A stretch of 64,000 nucleotides of DNA, taken from the NCBI GenBank assembly GCA_000434675.1, contig HF988646.1, positions 9,712-73,711 on the forward strand, given 5' to 3'. The notes below the pieces were generated by a model. The model was not told where the DNA came from. It did no database searches and saw nothing but the letters and a program-made list of their open reading frames with translations. The first letter of the stretch is position 1, and each line of letters starts with the position of its first letter. Made by a program: the position numbers and the translations under genes. Source of the DNA: Faecalibacterium sp. CAG:1138 (lineage in GTDB: Bacteria > Bacillota > Clostridia > Christensenellales > CAG-917). Below, one piece after another: positions 19,049-28,814 of this stretch.

Positions 19049-20116
19049 ATGTTTGAAAAACTGAAACTTATGAAAGAAAGGTTCGCCTATCTTACCGACG
19101 AAATTTCCAAGCCGGAGGTTATCGCCGACAGAGAGCTTTGGCAGAAACTCGTCAAGGAGCATTCGGACCTGGAAACGGTAATCGAAAAATACGACGAATA
19201 CCTTGCCGCGGAAAAGTCGTTTGAGGAAGCGAAGGAGCTTTTGTCCTCGGGCGACGACGAGCTTAAGGAGCTTGCCAAGGCGGAATTCGAGGAATACAAG
19301 GAAAAAATGGAGCAGCTCACCGGCGAACTCAAAATTTTGCTTTTGCCGAAGGATCCTAACGACGGCAAAAACGTCGTTATCGAAGTGAGAGCGGGTGCCG
19401 GCGGCGAAGAAGCGGGGCTTTTCGGCGCGGAGCTGGTCAGAATGTACAAGCGTTACGCCGAAAGACATCGCTGGGGAGTTGAGGACGTAACCACCAACGT
19501 CACGGATCTCGGCGGCGTAAAAGAAGTGTCTTTTTTGGTGAAAGGCAACGGCGCCTACAGCAAGCTTAAGTTTGAAAGCGGCGTTCACAGAGTTCAGAGA
19601 GTGCCGGAAACCGAAAGTCAGGGCAGGGTTCACACCTCAACCGCAACGGTGGCCGTGCTTCCGGAGGCAGAGGACGTTGAAGTTCAGATAGACGAAAAGG
19701 ATCTCAAAATCGACAGATTCCGTTCGGGCGGCGCAGGCGGTCAGCACGTCAACAAAACCGAGTCTGCCATAAGGATAACCCACCTTCCGACAGGCATCGT
19801 GGTCGTTTGCGAGGACGAAAGAAGCCAGATCAAAAACTACGAGAAGGCCATGAAAATCCTGAAGACTCGCCTTTACGATCACTTTCAGACCATGGCCACC
19901 AAGGCCATCACCGACAAAAGGTCGGCGCAGATCGGAACGGGCGACAGAAGCGAACGTATCCGCACCTACAATTTCCCTCAGGGGCGTGTTTCCGATCACC
20001 GCATAGGGCTTACGCTCTACAGTCTGGGGACGTTTATGGACGGAGATCTGGACGAGATGATCGAAGCGCTTCAAATCGCAAATCAGAATGCTCAACTCAC
20101 CTCAATCGACGAATAA
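19049..20116 (+). CDS. prfA: Peptide chain release factor 1
   Basis: The GGQ motif RSGGAGGQHVNKTESAIRITH is present, and the PET-type region (RVPETES) matches the RF1 type. Confidence 0.95.
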   Translation: MFEKLKLMKERFAYLTDEISKPEVIADRELWQKLVKEHSDLETVIEKYDEYLAAEKSFEEAKELLSSGDDELKELAKAEFEEYKEKMEQLTGELKILLLPKDPNDGKNVVIEVRAGAGGEEAGLFGAELVRMYKRYAERHRWGVEDVTTNVTDLGGVKEVSFLVKGNGAYSKLKFESGVHRVQRVPETESQGRVHTSTATVAVLPEAEDVEVQIDEKDLKIDRFRSGGAGGQHVNKTESAIRITHLPTGIVVVCEDERSQIKNYEKAMKILKTRLYDHFQTMATKAITDKRSAQIGTGDRSERIRTYNFPQGRVSDHRIGLTLYSLGTFMDGDLDEMIEALQIANQNAQLTSIDE

Positions 20117-20280
20117 ACCTCATATTTTGTCAACTAAAAGGCAAAACGGCTTGCAGCTTTGCGGCCGTTTTTTTCGTTCGGAAAATCTTTTTCGATAAGG
20201 CCGCGCGAAAAATTGCCGTTTGCACTTTTTCGGCAAAATGCGAAAGCTTCGGAAAAAGTCGAAAGTTTTTCGAAAACCTG

Positions 20281-20309
20281 TTGAAATATTGAAAAATAAC
20301 TGCTATAAT
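20281..20309 (+). promoter_or_regulatory. Sigma-A type promoter upstream of the P-loop gene/thrC
   Basis: TTGAAA, a 17-nt spacer, then TATAAT. Confidence 0.5.
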
Positions 20310-20345
20310 ATACGTAATAAACTTTAACATGGAGGTACGTTCACA

Positions 20346-20753
20346 ATGGTCAAAATTGTTTACGGTGCAAAAGGAAGCGGCAAAACCAAAAGGATAATCG
20401 ATATGGCAAACGAAAGTATCGAATCCGCTGCGGGAAATATCGTTTTCATCACCGACACGAACAGATATATGTTTGACGTGAAGTATCAGATTCGCGCGCT
20501 CAACGTAACCGAACACAAAATTTTCGACGAGGAAGCTCTCATCGGTTTCATAAAAGGTCTTATCGCGGGCAATCACGACATCAGCCTCATCTATATCGAC
20601 GGCGCGCATCGCATTGCCAAAAAGGACATTTCCGAAATGCAGTCTTTCTACGACGCACTGGAAGAAATTTCCCAAAATCAGAAGGTCGATTTCGTCGTAT
20701 GCGTAAGCTCCGATCTTCCTGAAATGCCTGAATTTTTGAAAAAATATCTCTGA
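20346..20753 (+). CDS. Small P-loop NTPase-like hypothetical protein
   Basis: Walker A GAKGSGKT at the N-terminus and a Walker B-like LIYIDGA. 135 aa, GGAGG SD. Confidence 0.5.
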   Translation: MVKIVYGAKGSGKTKRIIDMANESIESAAGNIVFITDTNRYMFDVKYQIRALNVTEHKIFDEEALIGFIKGLIAGNHDISLIYIDGAHRIAKKDISEMQSFYDALEEISQNQKVDFVVCVSSDLPEMPEFLKKYL

Positions 20754-20762
20754 TCGTTTAAC

Positions 20763-22229
20763 ATGAAATTCACCTCTACGAGAAAAACCGAATCCGTATC
20801 GGGGGGCGAAGCCGTTCTCAACGGAACGCCTGCGGGCGGCGGACTTTACGTCCCGTCCGAATTTCCCGTATTTTCCGAAAACGAAATCGCGGAATTTTGC
20901 AAAATGGCCTATCCTGAGAGGGTGGCCGTAGTTTTCAAAAAATTCTTCGACGATTTCAGCTATTACGAGCTTTTGGATTATGCCGAAAAAGCTTACGCTT
21001 CTTTTGAGGACTTTTGTCCCGTCGTGAAACTTGAGGACGAAAGCTACGTTGCGGAGCTTTGGCACGGCCCGACCGCAACCTGCAAGGATTTATCGCTTGC
21101 CATGATGCCTTACGTCATCGAAGCGGCGAAGAAAAAGCTCGGCCTGACCAAAAAGACGTTGGCGGTTTTCGCAACCACTGGAAACACCGGCAAGGCCGCG
21201 CTTGAAAGCTTCACGGGACACTCCGGAGCTAAGCTCGTCGTCGTTTATCCCGACGCCGTGATGGACTATCTCCAGAAATTACAGCTCGTTACGCACGTAG
21301 GGGACAACACCCACGTTTTCGGCGTGAAGGGCAGTTTTTCGGAGGCGAAGGAAAGCGTTTCCGCGTTTTTCTCAAACAAAGAAAACAAAATCGCATTGTC
21401 CGCTTCGGGATACGAGGCGGTGGACGTTTCCAGCGTGAACTGGTGCAGAATAACGGCGGAAATCGCGTGCGTGTTCTCGGTTTACGCCGATCTAATGGAA
21501 AGTGAAGAAATTTCGCCGTCCCAAAAGGTGAACCTTTGCATTCCGACTTCGTCGGGTTCGATGCTTGCCGCCGCTTATTACGCCAAAAAGATGGGGCTTC
21601 CGGTGGACAGGATCATCGTTGCCGTCAACGAAAACAATCATCTGGCAAAGTTCTTCGCCAGTGGCGAATATCAAAGGCCGAAAACCGTCGCCCTCACAAA
21701 TTCGCCGTCCTTAGACGCCGCAAGGTGCAGAAATCTGGAGCGTATTCTCTACGAAATCTCCGGCCGCAACGCCGCGTTCGTCAGCGAAAAAATGGAAGAG
21801 CTTGCCCTGAGCGGCAAGTTTAGAGTTGACAAAAAACTGCTTGACGATTGCGATATTGTCTGCGGATATGCCACAGAAGACGAGATTATTGACACAATCG
21901 AGGGTGAATTTGAAGAAAACGACTACGTTTGCGATCCGCACACCGCGGTGGCTGTCAGCGTTTGGCTGGATTATCTTACGCAGGCCGAGGACAAAACGCC
22001 TACCGTGCTGTTTTCCACGGCAAGTCCGTTCAGATATCCGATCGACGTGCTGTTCGCAATCACCGAGGATTTCGTCCGCGATCCCGTCAAAGCCATAAGA
22101 AAGCTTGAGGAAGCAACGGCTCTGGACGCTCCCGAGGCGCTCAAAAAACTTTCGAAATTGCAGGTAAAACACAACAAAATCGTCGAACTTTCGGACGTAT
22201 CCGAAACCATTTTCGATTTTATAAAGTAA
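20763..22229 (+). CDS. thrC: Threonine synthase (long form)
   Basis: MKFTSTR...GGLYVPSEFP N-terminus and the PLP-lysine region GPTATCKDLSLA. Confidence 0.9.
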   Translation: MKFTSTRKTESVSGGEAVLNGTPAGGGLYVPSEFPVFSENEIAEFCKMAYPERVAVVFKKFFDDFSYYELLDYAEKAYASFEDFCPVVKLEDESYVAELWHGPTATCKDLSLAMMPYVIEAAKKKLGLTKKTLAVFATTGNTGKAALESFTGHSGAKLVVVYPDAVMDYLQKLQLVTHVGDNTHVFGVKGSFSEAKESVSAFFSNKENKIALSASGYEAVDVSSVNWCRITAEIACVFSVYADLMESEEISPSQKVNLCIPTSSGSMLAAAYYAKKMGLPVDRIIVAVNENNHLAKFFASGEYQRPKTVALTNSPSLDAARCRNLERILYEISGRNAAFVSEKMEELALSGKFRVDKKLLDDCDIVCGYATEDEIIDTIEGEFEENDYVCDPHTAVAVSVWLDYLTQAEDKTPTVLFSTASPFRYPIDVLFAITEDFVRDPVKAIRKLEEATALDAPEALKKLSKLQVKHNKIVELSDVSETIFDFIK

Positions 22230-22251
22230 ATTTTAGGAGAACAATATATAT

Positions 22252-23250
22252 ATGGATAACAAAGTGGTTTACACCGCCTTCAAGCCGACCGGCGATTTGC
22301 AGCTCGGCAACTATGTCGGCGCGCTCAGGAACCTCGTTAATTTGCAGGACGAACACAGATGTGTCTATATGGTTGCGGACATGCACAGCATCACCGTCAA
22401 CAATCTGCCTGCCGATTTAAGGCGCAGAAGCTACGATTTTATGGCGCTCTTTCTCGCAATGGGGCTCGATCCCGAAAAGTGCATACTTGCGGTGCAGTCG
22501 CACGTGCCGGAGCATGCGGAGCTTGCGTGGGTTCTCAACTGCAACACACAGTTCGGCGAAGCAAGGCGCATGACTCAGTTCAAGGACAAAAGCGCCAAAA
22601 ATCCGGAAAACGTCAACGTGGGGCTTTTTGCCTATCCGACGCTTATGGCGGCGGACATTCTGCTTTATCAGACCGACTACGTTCCCGTCGGCAAGGATCA
22701 GATGCAGCACGTCGAGCTTGCAAGGACCATTGCCGAACGCTTCAACAACAAATACAGTCCGACTTTCGTCGTGCCGGAGGGCATAGTTCCTAAAACCGGC
22801 GCAAAAATTCAGAACCTTCTGGATCCGACTGCCAAAATGGGCAAAACCGACGACAACGCAAACGGCGTGGTTTTCCTTTTGGACGACGAGGACACCGTTA
22901 TGAGAAAGTTCAAACGCGCCGTCACCGACAGCGGCAACGAAATCGTCTCTCGCGCAGACAAACCGGGCATTTCCAACCTGCTGACGATTTACTCCGTCTT
23001 TAACGGCGTCACCGTGCACGAAGCCGAAAAGCAGTTTAACGGCGTAAGCTACGCCGAGTTCAAGCAAGCGGTCGGCGAAGCGGTCTGCGACCATTTAAGG
23101 CCGATAAAAGCGCGCTACAACGAGCTCATTGCCGACAAAACCTATCTTAACGGCGTCATAAAGCAGGGCGCAGAGAAGGCAAGGTACGTAGCAAACAAAA
23201 CCCTTTCCAAGGTCTATAGGAAAGTGGGCTTTCTGACCTTGGACAAATAA
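22252..23250 (+). CDS. trpS: Tryptophan--tRNA ligase
   Basis: The HIGH-like region TGDLQLGNYVGAL, a KMGKT (KMSKS) loop and the 332-aa class Ic size all fit TrpRS. Confidence 0.95.
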   Translation: MDNKVVYTAFKPTGDLQLGNYVGALRNLVNLQDEHRCVYMVADMHSITVNNLPADLRRRSYDFMALFLAMGLDPEKCILAVQSHVPEHAELAWVLNCNTQFGEARRMTQFKDKSAKNPENVNVGLFAYPTLMAADILLYQTDYVPVGKDQMQHVELARTIAERFNNKYSPTFVVPEGIVPKTGAKIQNLLDPTAKMGKTDDNANGVVFLLDDEDTVMRKFKRAVTDSGNEIVSRADKPGISNLLTIYSVFNGVTVHEAEKQFNGVSYAEFKQAVGEAVCDHLRPIKARYNELIADKTYLNGVIKQGAEKARYVANKTLSKVYRKVGFLTLDK

Positions 23251-24125
23251 TGTTCGGCTACGTCATACCCGACAAGCCGAATATGCTCGTCAAGGATCTT
23301 TCGGAGTATAGGGCGTACTACTGCGGCCTGTGCAAAGCTATAGGCAAAAGCTATTCGGAAAAAGCGAGGTTTCTAACTGGCTACGACTGCACGTTTCTTG
23401 CGGCGTTTTTGCACACTCTATACATTGAAACGCCGAAATTTAACGATGAAGTCTGTATTCTGAACCCTGTTAAGAAAAAAACCGTCTGTGTTTCAGACGA
23501 AATTTTCGAGGCGGTCGCCGCCGTTTCCGTGCTTTTGGGCTACTACAAGGCCGTAGACGACGTTAAGGACGAGGGCGGCATAAGGAAGAGGATTTTTGCC
23601 GCCTGCTTGCGTCGAGACTACAAAAAAGCAAAGCGTCGCTACCCAAGCGCCGACAAAGTGATAAAGGACGGCTACGAGCGTCTTTCGGCCATTGAAAAAG
23701 CCGCCGACAAAAGCGTTGACGAAACCGCCGACGCATTTGCGGTTCTGCTTAGGGATTTGATAGCGGTTCTTTCCGGGAAAAAGTGCAATTCGGCCGTGGA
23801 AAGGTTCTCCTACGCCTTGGGAAAATGGGTGTATCTTATGGACGCCGTCGACGACGTTTCGGAGGACAAGCAAAAAAAACGTTTCAATCCGTTTTTGGTT
23901 TCGTTTGGGGGCGACTTTTCTTCCAAAAAGGAATTTTTGGACAAGTTTAATGAAGATTTAAGTTTGCTGCTGTATAACTGTTATAATCAAATGGTTGCGG
24001 CATACAACAATATAGAGGTCAAAGTGGCCGAAGGCGTGCTTTCCAACGTCGTATATCTCGGCTTGAAGGCACAGACCGAAAAAATGCTCAAAGGAGAGAT
24101 CAAATGCAACAAGATCCGTTTGTGA
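23250..24125 (+). CDS. DUF5685-like protein
   Basis: MFGYVIPDKPNMLVKDLSEYRAYYCGLCKAIG is the N-terminus I associate with the clostridial DUF5685 family. Assigned from memory, not from a search. Confidence 0.55.
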   Translation: MFGYVIPDKPNMLVKDLSEYRAYYCGLCKAIGKSYSEKARFLTGYDCTFLAAFLHTLYIETPKFNDEVCILNPVKKKTVCVSDEIFEAVAAVSVLLGYYKAVDDVKDEGGIRKRIFAACLRRDYKKAKRRYPSADKVIKDGYERLSAIEKAADKSVDETADAFAVLLRDLIAVLSGKKCNSAVERFSYALGKWVYLMDAVDDVSEDKQKKRFNPFLVSFGGDFSSKKEFLDKFNEDLSLLLYNCYNQMVAAYNNIEVKVAEGVLSNVVYLGLKAQTEKMLKGEIKCNKIRL

Positions 24126-24733
24126 TTTTAGGCGTCGATAAGAACGCAACGCAAGCCGAAATCGACGAAAAATATCGCGAGTTACGCCATCGCTACGAAG
24201 ACGCTCGCTTTCTGGAAGGCGAAGCCGGCGCGGAAGCTGCGGAAAAAATCGAGGAGTTGGACAACGCCTATTCCGAAGCCATGAGGATAAAATCCGAGTC
24301 GGCGAACATCGGCGGCGGTTTTCAGGACGATTCCGATTTTAAGGGGCAGGATTTTTCCGAGGTCAAAGAGGCCATAAAAAACAAAAATTATCATTTGGCG
24401 CAAGGGCTTTTGGACGCCATGCAGGAGCGCAGCGCCGAGTGGCACTATATGCAGGCCAAGATATACTACGACAAAAAGTGGATTCTGGACGCCAAAAAGC
24501 AGCTTGAGCTTGCCATCGAAATGGATCCGACGAACGCAAAATACACCGCCACTTTGGACAGGCTCAAAAAAGAGAGCGGCAGAGGCTTCGTGTTTCCGAC
24601 GGCCGGCGACAGTGCGGGCGGCAGGTCGTATTCGCCTAATTCCACGCCGAGCTGCTGCAACGTTTGCTCAACGCTTCTTTGCGCGGATTGCTGTTGCGAA
24701 TGTATGGGCGGCGATCTCATTCCTTGCTGCTGA
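24104..24733 (+). CDS. J-domain protein with TPR-like middle region and a cysteine-rich tail
   Basis: DPFVILGVDKNATQAEIDEKYRELRHRY is a J-domain (the HPD loop appears degenerate). The C-terminus is CCNVCSTLLCADCCCECMGGDLIPCC. Confidence 0.7.
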   Translation: MQQDPFVILGVDKNATQAEIDEKYRELRHRYEDARFLEGEAGAEAAEKIEELDNAYSEAMRIKSESANIGGGFQDDSDFKGQDFSEVKEAIKNKNYHLAQGLLDAMQERSAEWHYMQAKIYYDKKWILDAKKQLELAIEMDPTNAKYTATLDRLKKESGRGFVFPTAGDSAGGRSYSPNSTPSCCNVCSTLLCADCCCECMGGDLIPCC

Positions 24734-25281
24734 TGAAAAGTAAAATTTCGACGAAAGATATAGCGACGGGTGGCATTTCTGCGGCCCTTTCGTTCTTGTT
24801 TGCGACGGGCGCAGTATATATCGACGCGCTGACGATAACCTTGTCGGTGCTTTCCGCCGCGGCTTTGATGCTGCCGCTTTCGAGGGGCAGATACGTCGGA
24901 GGTCTTTTGGCGTACGCGGCCACTTCGGGGCTTCTGATGCTGACGGCTTCGCCGCTTAAAAGCTTGCCGTACGTCGTGATATTTGGCGGCTACACTTTGT
25001 TTTGCTGCATTACCGAGGACAAAAAGTGGAACAAAATCGTCGTTTACGCCTTAAAAGTTTTGTGGATAAACGCCGCGCTCGCGCTTTTCTATTTCGGCAC
25101 CAAAACCCTCGTCATAAACTTCGACAAGCTTGGTTTCGAGCTGAAATACGGCTATTTGGCCGTGCTGACGACGGCCCTCGGCATTATCTACGATTTTGCG
25201 TTGAGATATCTGTATCGTATGGTGAAGTCGCTTAAGGAAAGGTATTTGGAAAAGAGCGCACCGTCCGATATGCAAAATTAG
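24733..25281 (+). CDS. Polytopic membrane protein (hypothetical)
   Basis: The ATG overlaps the upstream stop (TGATG). Five or six hydrophobic spans. Confidence 0.55.
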   Translation: MKSKISTKDIATGGISAALSFLFATGAVYIDALTITLSVLSAAALMLPLSRGRYVGGLLAYAATSGLLMLTASPLKSLPYVVIFGGYTLFCCITEDKKWNKIVVYALKVLWINAALALFYFGTKTLVINFDKLGFELKYGYLAVLTTALGIIYDFALRYLYRMVKSLKERYLEKSAPSDMQN

Positions 25282-25457
25282 GTTGTCGTCTGGTTACATG
25301 CGCAGCCGAAGAAGTTGCCAAGGTATCCGCCCTCGGACAGCAGCACCGCGCCTATCGTTGCGATGAGAACGGCCAGTTCCGTGCCCATTATGCCTCCGCC
25401 TCCGGAGAACAGAAGCACAATTATGAATATGTAAATCATCCAGTTGTTGTCGAACAT
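25278..25457 (-). CDS. Small hydrophobic Gly-rich protein (59 aa)
   Basis: MFDNNWMIYIFIIVLLFSGGGGIMG..., with a GAGGTGA SD 7 nt upstream of ATG 25457. Confidence 0.4.
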   Translation of the reverse strand: MFDNNWMIYIFIIVLLFSGGGGIMGTELAVLIATIGAVLLSEGGYLGNFFGCACNQTTT

Positions 25458-25597
25458 AATTTCACCTCGCACCATTTTATGCGGCATCAAGGAAAGCGGT
25501 GCAACAATAAAATGCAAAAACCGTGGCAAACCGAAAAGGTTTGCTTTTTTTTGCGCCGAAATATATGCGATAATCTTCATATATGGAGGATTTAGCT

Positions 25598-25933
25598 ATG
25601 AACAATTTATTGTTGGACACCAACACAACTCAGAAAGTGCGCAAATATATCCCGAAGAAGGAAGTGCTTTCGGGGCTTGCGGATTTTTTCAGCATATTTT
25701 CCGACGCCACCCGCATGAAAATCATTTCTGCGCTCACCATAACCGAAATGTGTGTGACGGACATATCCGAAATACTCGGCATCAATCAGACCACCGTTTC
25801 GCATCAGCTCAAAATCATGCGTCAGGCGGGAGTGGTTGGCTTCCGCCGCGAGGGGAAGATACTTTTTTATTTCGTAACCAGCCCGATCGTCGAAAACGTC
25901 ATGCTCAACGGCGTCGTTTACCTCGGATATTGA
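25598..25933 (+). CDS. ArsR/SmtB-family metalloregulator
   Basis: FSDATRMKIISALTITEMCVTDISEILGINQTTVSHQLKIMRQAGVV is a winged HTH with the ArsR signature. Confidence 0.85.
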   Translation: MNNLLLDTNTTQKVRKYIPKKEVLSGLADFFSIFSDATRMKIISALTITEMCVTDISEILGINQTTVSHQLKIMRQAGVVGFRREGKILFYFVTSPIVENVMLNGVVYLGY

Positions 25934-26015
25934 AAAAATGTTTTCAAAACTCTTTCAAACGAGGCCGAGGCGTGGTATAATAGAAGAAAACGTATATACG
26001 GGTTTAAGGTACGAT

Positions 26016-27902
26016 ATGGACGTAAAGCAAAAACTTTCCGAACTGCCTGCCAAAAGCGGCGTCTATCTGATGATGGACAAAGACGGCACGGTCATCTACG
26101 TCGGGAAGGCGAAAATTTTGAAAAACAGAGTCAAGCAATATTTTCAGGCAGGGACAAAGACGGACAAAACTTTGGCCCTCGTCGGCAATATTGCGGATTT
26201 TCGCTACATAATAACGCAGAACGAAGTGGACGCTCTGGTCCTCGAAAACAACCTTATCAAAAAATACAACCCGAAGTATAACATTCTCTTAAAGGACGAC
26301 AAGAACTATCCGTTCATAAGGATCGATCTAAAAAGCAAATTCCCGACGGTTGAGGTGGTCCGAAAGCTCAAAAACGACGGCGCGAAATATTTCGGACCGT
26401 ACATGGTGGGCATAAACGTTAAGGACATCACCGAGCTTATTTTCAGCGCGTTTCCGCTTAGGAGCTGCAACCTCAATTTCGACAAAATACCCTCGCATCA
26501 CAGGCCGTGTCTGAACAGCCATATCGGCCGTTGCCTCGCGCCTTGCGACGGCAGAGTGCCCAAAGAGGAGTACGCCAAAACCGTTTCTGAGGTTATTTCG
26601 TTTTTGAAAGGCAACGACGGCACCGTCAAAAAGGTGCTTGAAATGAAAATGCATAGGGCTGCAGACAAAGGCGATTTCGAAAACGCCATTTATTATCGCG
26701 ACCGCCTGAAAACCTTGGACAAACTGGTAAGAAGGCAGATAAGCGCTCTGCCGAAGGACTTCAATCTGGACGTTTTTTCCGTCATCGACAACGGCATCTA
26801 CGCCGCGGTTTCCGTGCTTGTGGTAAGGGGCGGCAAGCTTTTGGGCGGCGACAATTTCCCGCTGATCTCGGCCGCAAAATCCGTTTCGGAAGAAGAAACG
26901 TTGGGGCTTACTTCCGCAGATATCGGCACGCTTTTAACGCACGACGAAGCCGCCGAAATGCTTGAAAACTTCATTTATCAGTACTACGAGCAAAACCCTG
27001 TCTTTCCTGACGAAGTTGTCATAAACGTGGCTTTATCCGACGTTTCAGGTTTGGAAAACGTCTTTTTTGACAAAAGCGGCAAGCGCATAAATTTTGTGAA
27101 ACCTATTTCCGGCGTCAGAAAACAGCTTGTGGAAATGGCCGAAAACAACGCGGTGGATTATCTTTCCAATTTCGTCACCAAGCTCGTTCGGCGCGACAAC
27201 ATGACCAAGGGCGCAGTGGTGAAGCTTGCCGAGGAGCTGGGGCTTTCCGAACTTCCTCGTCGCATCGAGTGCTACGACATTTCCCACGTTTCCGGCACCA
27301 ACATGGTTGCCAGCATGGTGGTGTTCGAGGACGGCGAGCCTGCCAAAAAAATGTACAGAAGCTACAAGATAAAAACCGTTCCGGGAAACAACGACTTTGC
27401 GTGCATGAAGGAGGTTCTGACGCGCCGCCTGACCAGGCTTAAAAATTCCGATCCCGATCCGTCTTTCGGCAAACGCCCCGACCTCATCATAGTCGACGGC
27501 GGCAAAGGGCAGCTGTCTTACGCAATGGAGGCCTTGGAGGAAACGGGCATGACAGACGTGAATATAGTCAGCCTTGCAAAACGCGAAGAGGAGGTTTTCT
27601 TCCCCGATCGTCACGAGCCCGTCGTCATCGACCGCAACAGCGTTGCGTTGAAGCTCATTCAGCGCGTGCGCGACGAAGCGCATCGAAGCGCGATAACTCA
27701 TCACCGCAATCTTCGCACCGCCGGCCAGACGAAATCCGAGCTTAAGGACGTGGAGGGCATAGGCGACAAAAAGATTGCCGCGCTCTACTCCAAATTCAAA
27801 AACTTAAAGGCCATAAAGGCCGCCACCGTCGAGGAGCTTTCCGCCGTAAAGGGCGTCACCAAAAAGGACGCCGAGCGCATAAAGCAGCACTTTTCGGACT
27901 GA
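26016..27902 (+). CDS. uvrC: Excinuclease ABC subunit C
   Basis: GIY-YIG N-terminus SGVYLMMDKDGTVIYVGKAKILKNRVKQYF and a C-terminal (HhH)2 region. The start was moved to ATG 26016. Confidence 0.95.
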   Translation: MDVKQKLSELPAKSGVYLMMDKDGTVIYVGKAKILKNRVKQYFQAGTKTDKTLALVGNIADFRYIITQNEVDALVLENNLIKKYNPKYNILLKDDKNYPFIRIDLKSKFPTVEVVRKLKNDGAKYFGPYMVGINVKDITELIFSAFPLRSCNLNFDKIPSHHRPCLNSHIGRCLAPCDGRVPKEEYAKTVSEVISFLKGNDGTVKKVLEMKMHRAADKGDFENAIYYRDRLKTLDKLVRRQISALPKDFNLDVFSVIDNGIYAAVSVLVVRGGKLLGGDNFPLISAAKSVSEEETLGLTSADIGTLLTHDEAAEMLENFIYQYYEQNPVFPDEVVINVALSDVSGLENVFFDKSGKRINFVKPISGVRKQLVEMAENNAVDYLSNFVTKLVRRDNMTKGAVVKLAEELGLSELPRRIECYDISHVSGTNMVASMVVFEDGEPAKKMYRSYKIKTVPGNNDFACMKEVLTRRLTRLKNSDPDPSFGKRPDLIIVDGGKGQLSYAMEALEETGMTDVNIVSLAKREEEVFFPDRHEPVVIDRNSVALKLIQRVRDEAHRSAITHHRNLRTAGQTKSELKDVEGIGDKKIAALYSKFKNLKAIKAATVEELSAVKGVTKKDAERIKQHFSD

Positions 27903-27923
27903 AACCAAAAAAACGCAATTTAA

Positions 27924-27955
27924 CCCCCGAAAACGCTTTATATTTCGGGGGTTTT
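27924..27955 (+). terminator. Intrinsic terminator after uvrC
   Basis: Hairpin CCCCCGAAAACGCTTTATATTTCGGGGG followed by TTTT. Confidence 0.7.
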
Positions 27956-27992
27956 ATTATATAATAAAAAAAACGATTTTTTCGAGGGCATT

Positions 27993-28814
27993 ATGCGATA
28001 CGATTTGGTTGCAACCGATTTTGACGACACGCTCTATTCCATGAAGGGCGGCGGCATCGACGATTTCACGCTCGGCGTAATAGGCGAATACAAGCGCCGC
28101 GGCGGCAAATTCGTCATAGTTACGGGCAGGATGTTTTCCGCCATAAAGCCGCAGGCCGAAAAACTGGGGCTGAGCGGTCTTATCATAAGTTATCAGGGCG
28201 CGATGATAAGCGACATTTCAAGCGGCAAAACCTTGAAATGCTTCGAACTTGACAGGGATTTGTGTCTGGAATATCTCGAATTTTTGAAGGATTTCGACCT
28301 GAAGGCCGTTCAGCTTTACGCCGACGACCGCCTGACGGTTGAGGAGGACAACGAATACGTCAAAAACTATCGCACCTACTGCGGCGTGGACGTCGACGTG
28401 GTGGGGGATCTCGCCTCGTTTATAAAGGCGCACCCCGAAAAAACCTTGAATAAGGTTTACGTCGCCGCCTATCCGGAGGAAGCTACCAGGCTGCGTATAG
28501 CCGCGGAAAAAGCGTTTTCGGGCAGGCTGAACGTAACCAGCAGCAAGGAATACAACGTCGAAGTCGTCAATCCGCTTGCCTCCAAGGGCAACGCTCTCAA
28601 ATATCTTATGGACGTTTTCGGCGTGGAAAAAGCAAAGGTTATGTGCTTTGGCGATCAGCTCAACGACGTGTCGCTTCTTACCGAGGCGGGCATGGGGGTG
28701 GCGGTGGCCAACGCAAATCCAGAGCTTAAAAAAATCGCCGACTACGTTTCGGAAGCGTGCGAAGACGACGGCGTGGCAAAAACGATAACCAGATTCTGTT
28801 TGGAGGAAAACTGA
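27993..28814 (+). CDS. Cof-type HAD-IIB hydrolase
   Basis: DLVATDFDDTL (HAD motif I) and FGDQLNDVSLL (motif IV). 273 aa. Confidence 0.85.
   Translation: MRYDLVATDFDDTLYSMKGGGIDDFTLGVIGEYKRRGGKFVIVTGRMFSAIKPQAEKLGLSGLIISYQGAMISDISSGKTLKCFELDRDLCLEYLEFLKDFDLKAVQLYADDRLTVEEDNEYVKNYRTYCGVDVDVVGDLASFIKAHPEKTLNKVYVAAYPEEATRLRIAAEKAFSGRLNVTSSKEYNVEVVNPLASKGNALKYLMDVFGVEKAKVMCFGDQLNDVSLLTEAGMGVAVANANPELKKIADYVSEACEDDGVAKTITRFCLEEN

Noticed and set aside
22230-22251. T-box leader upstream of trpS
   Set aside because: Only 22 nt separate thrC and trpS, which leaves no room for a T-box. trpS appears to be co-transcribed with thrC.
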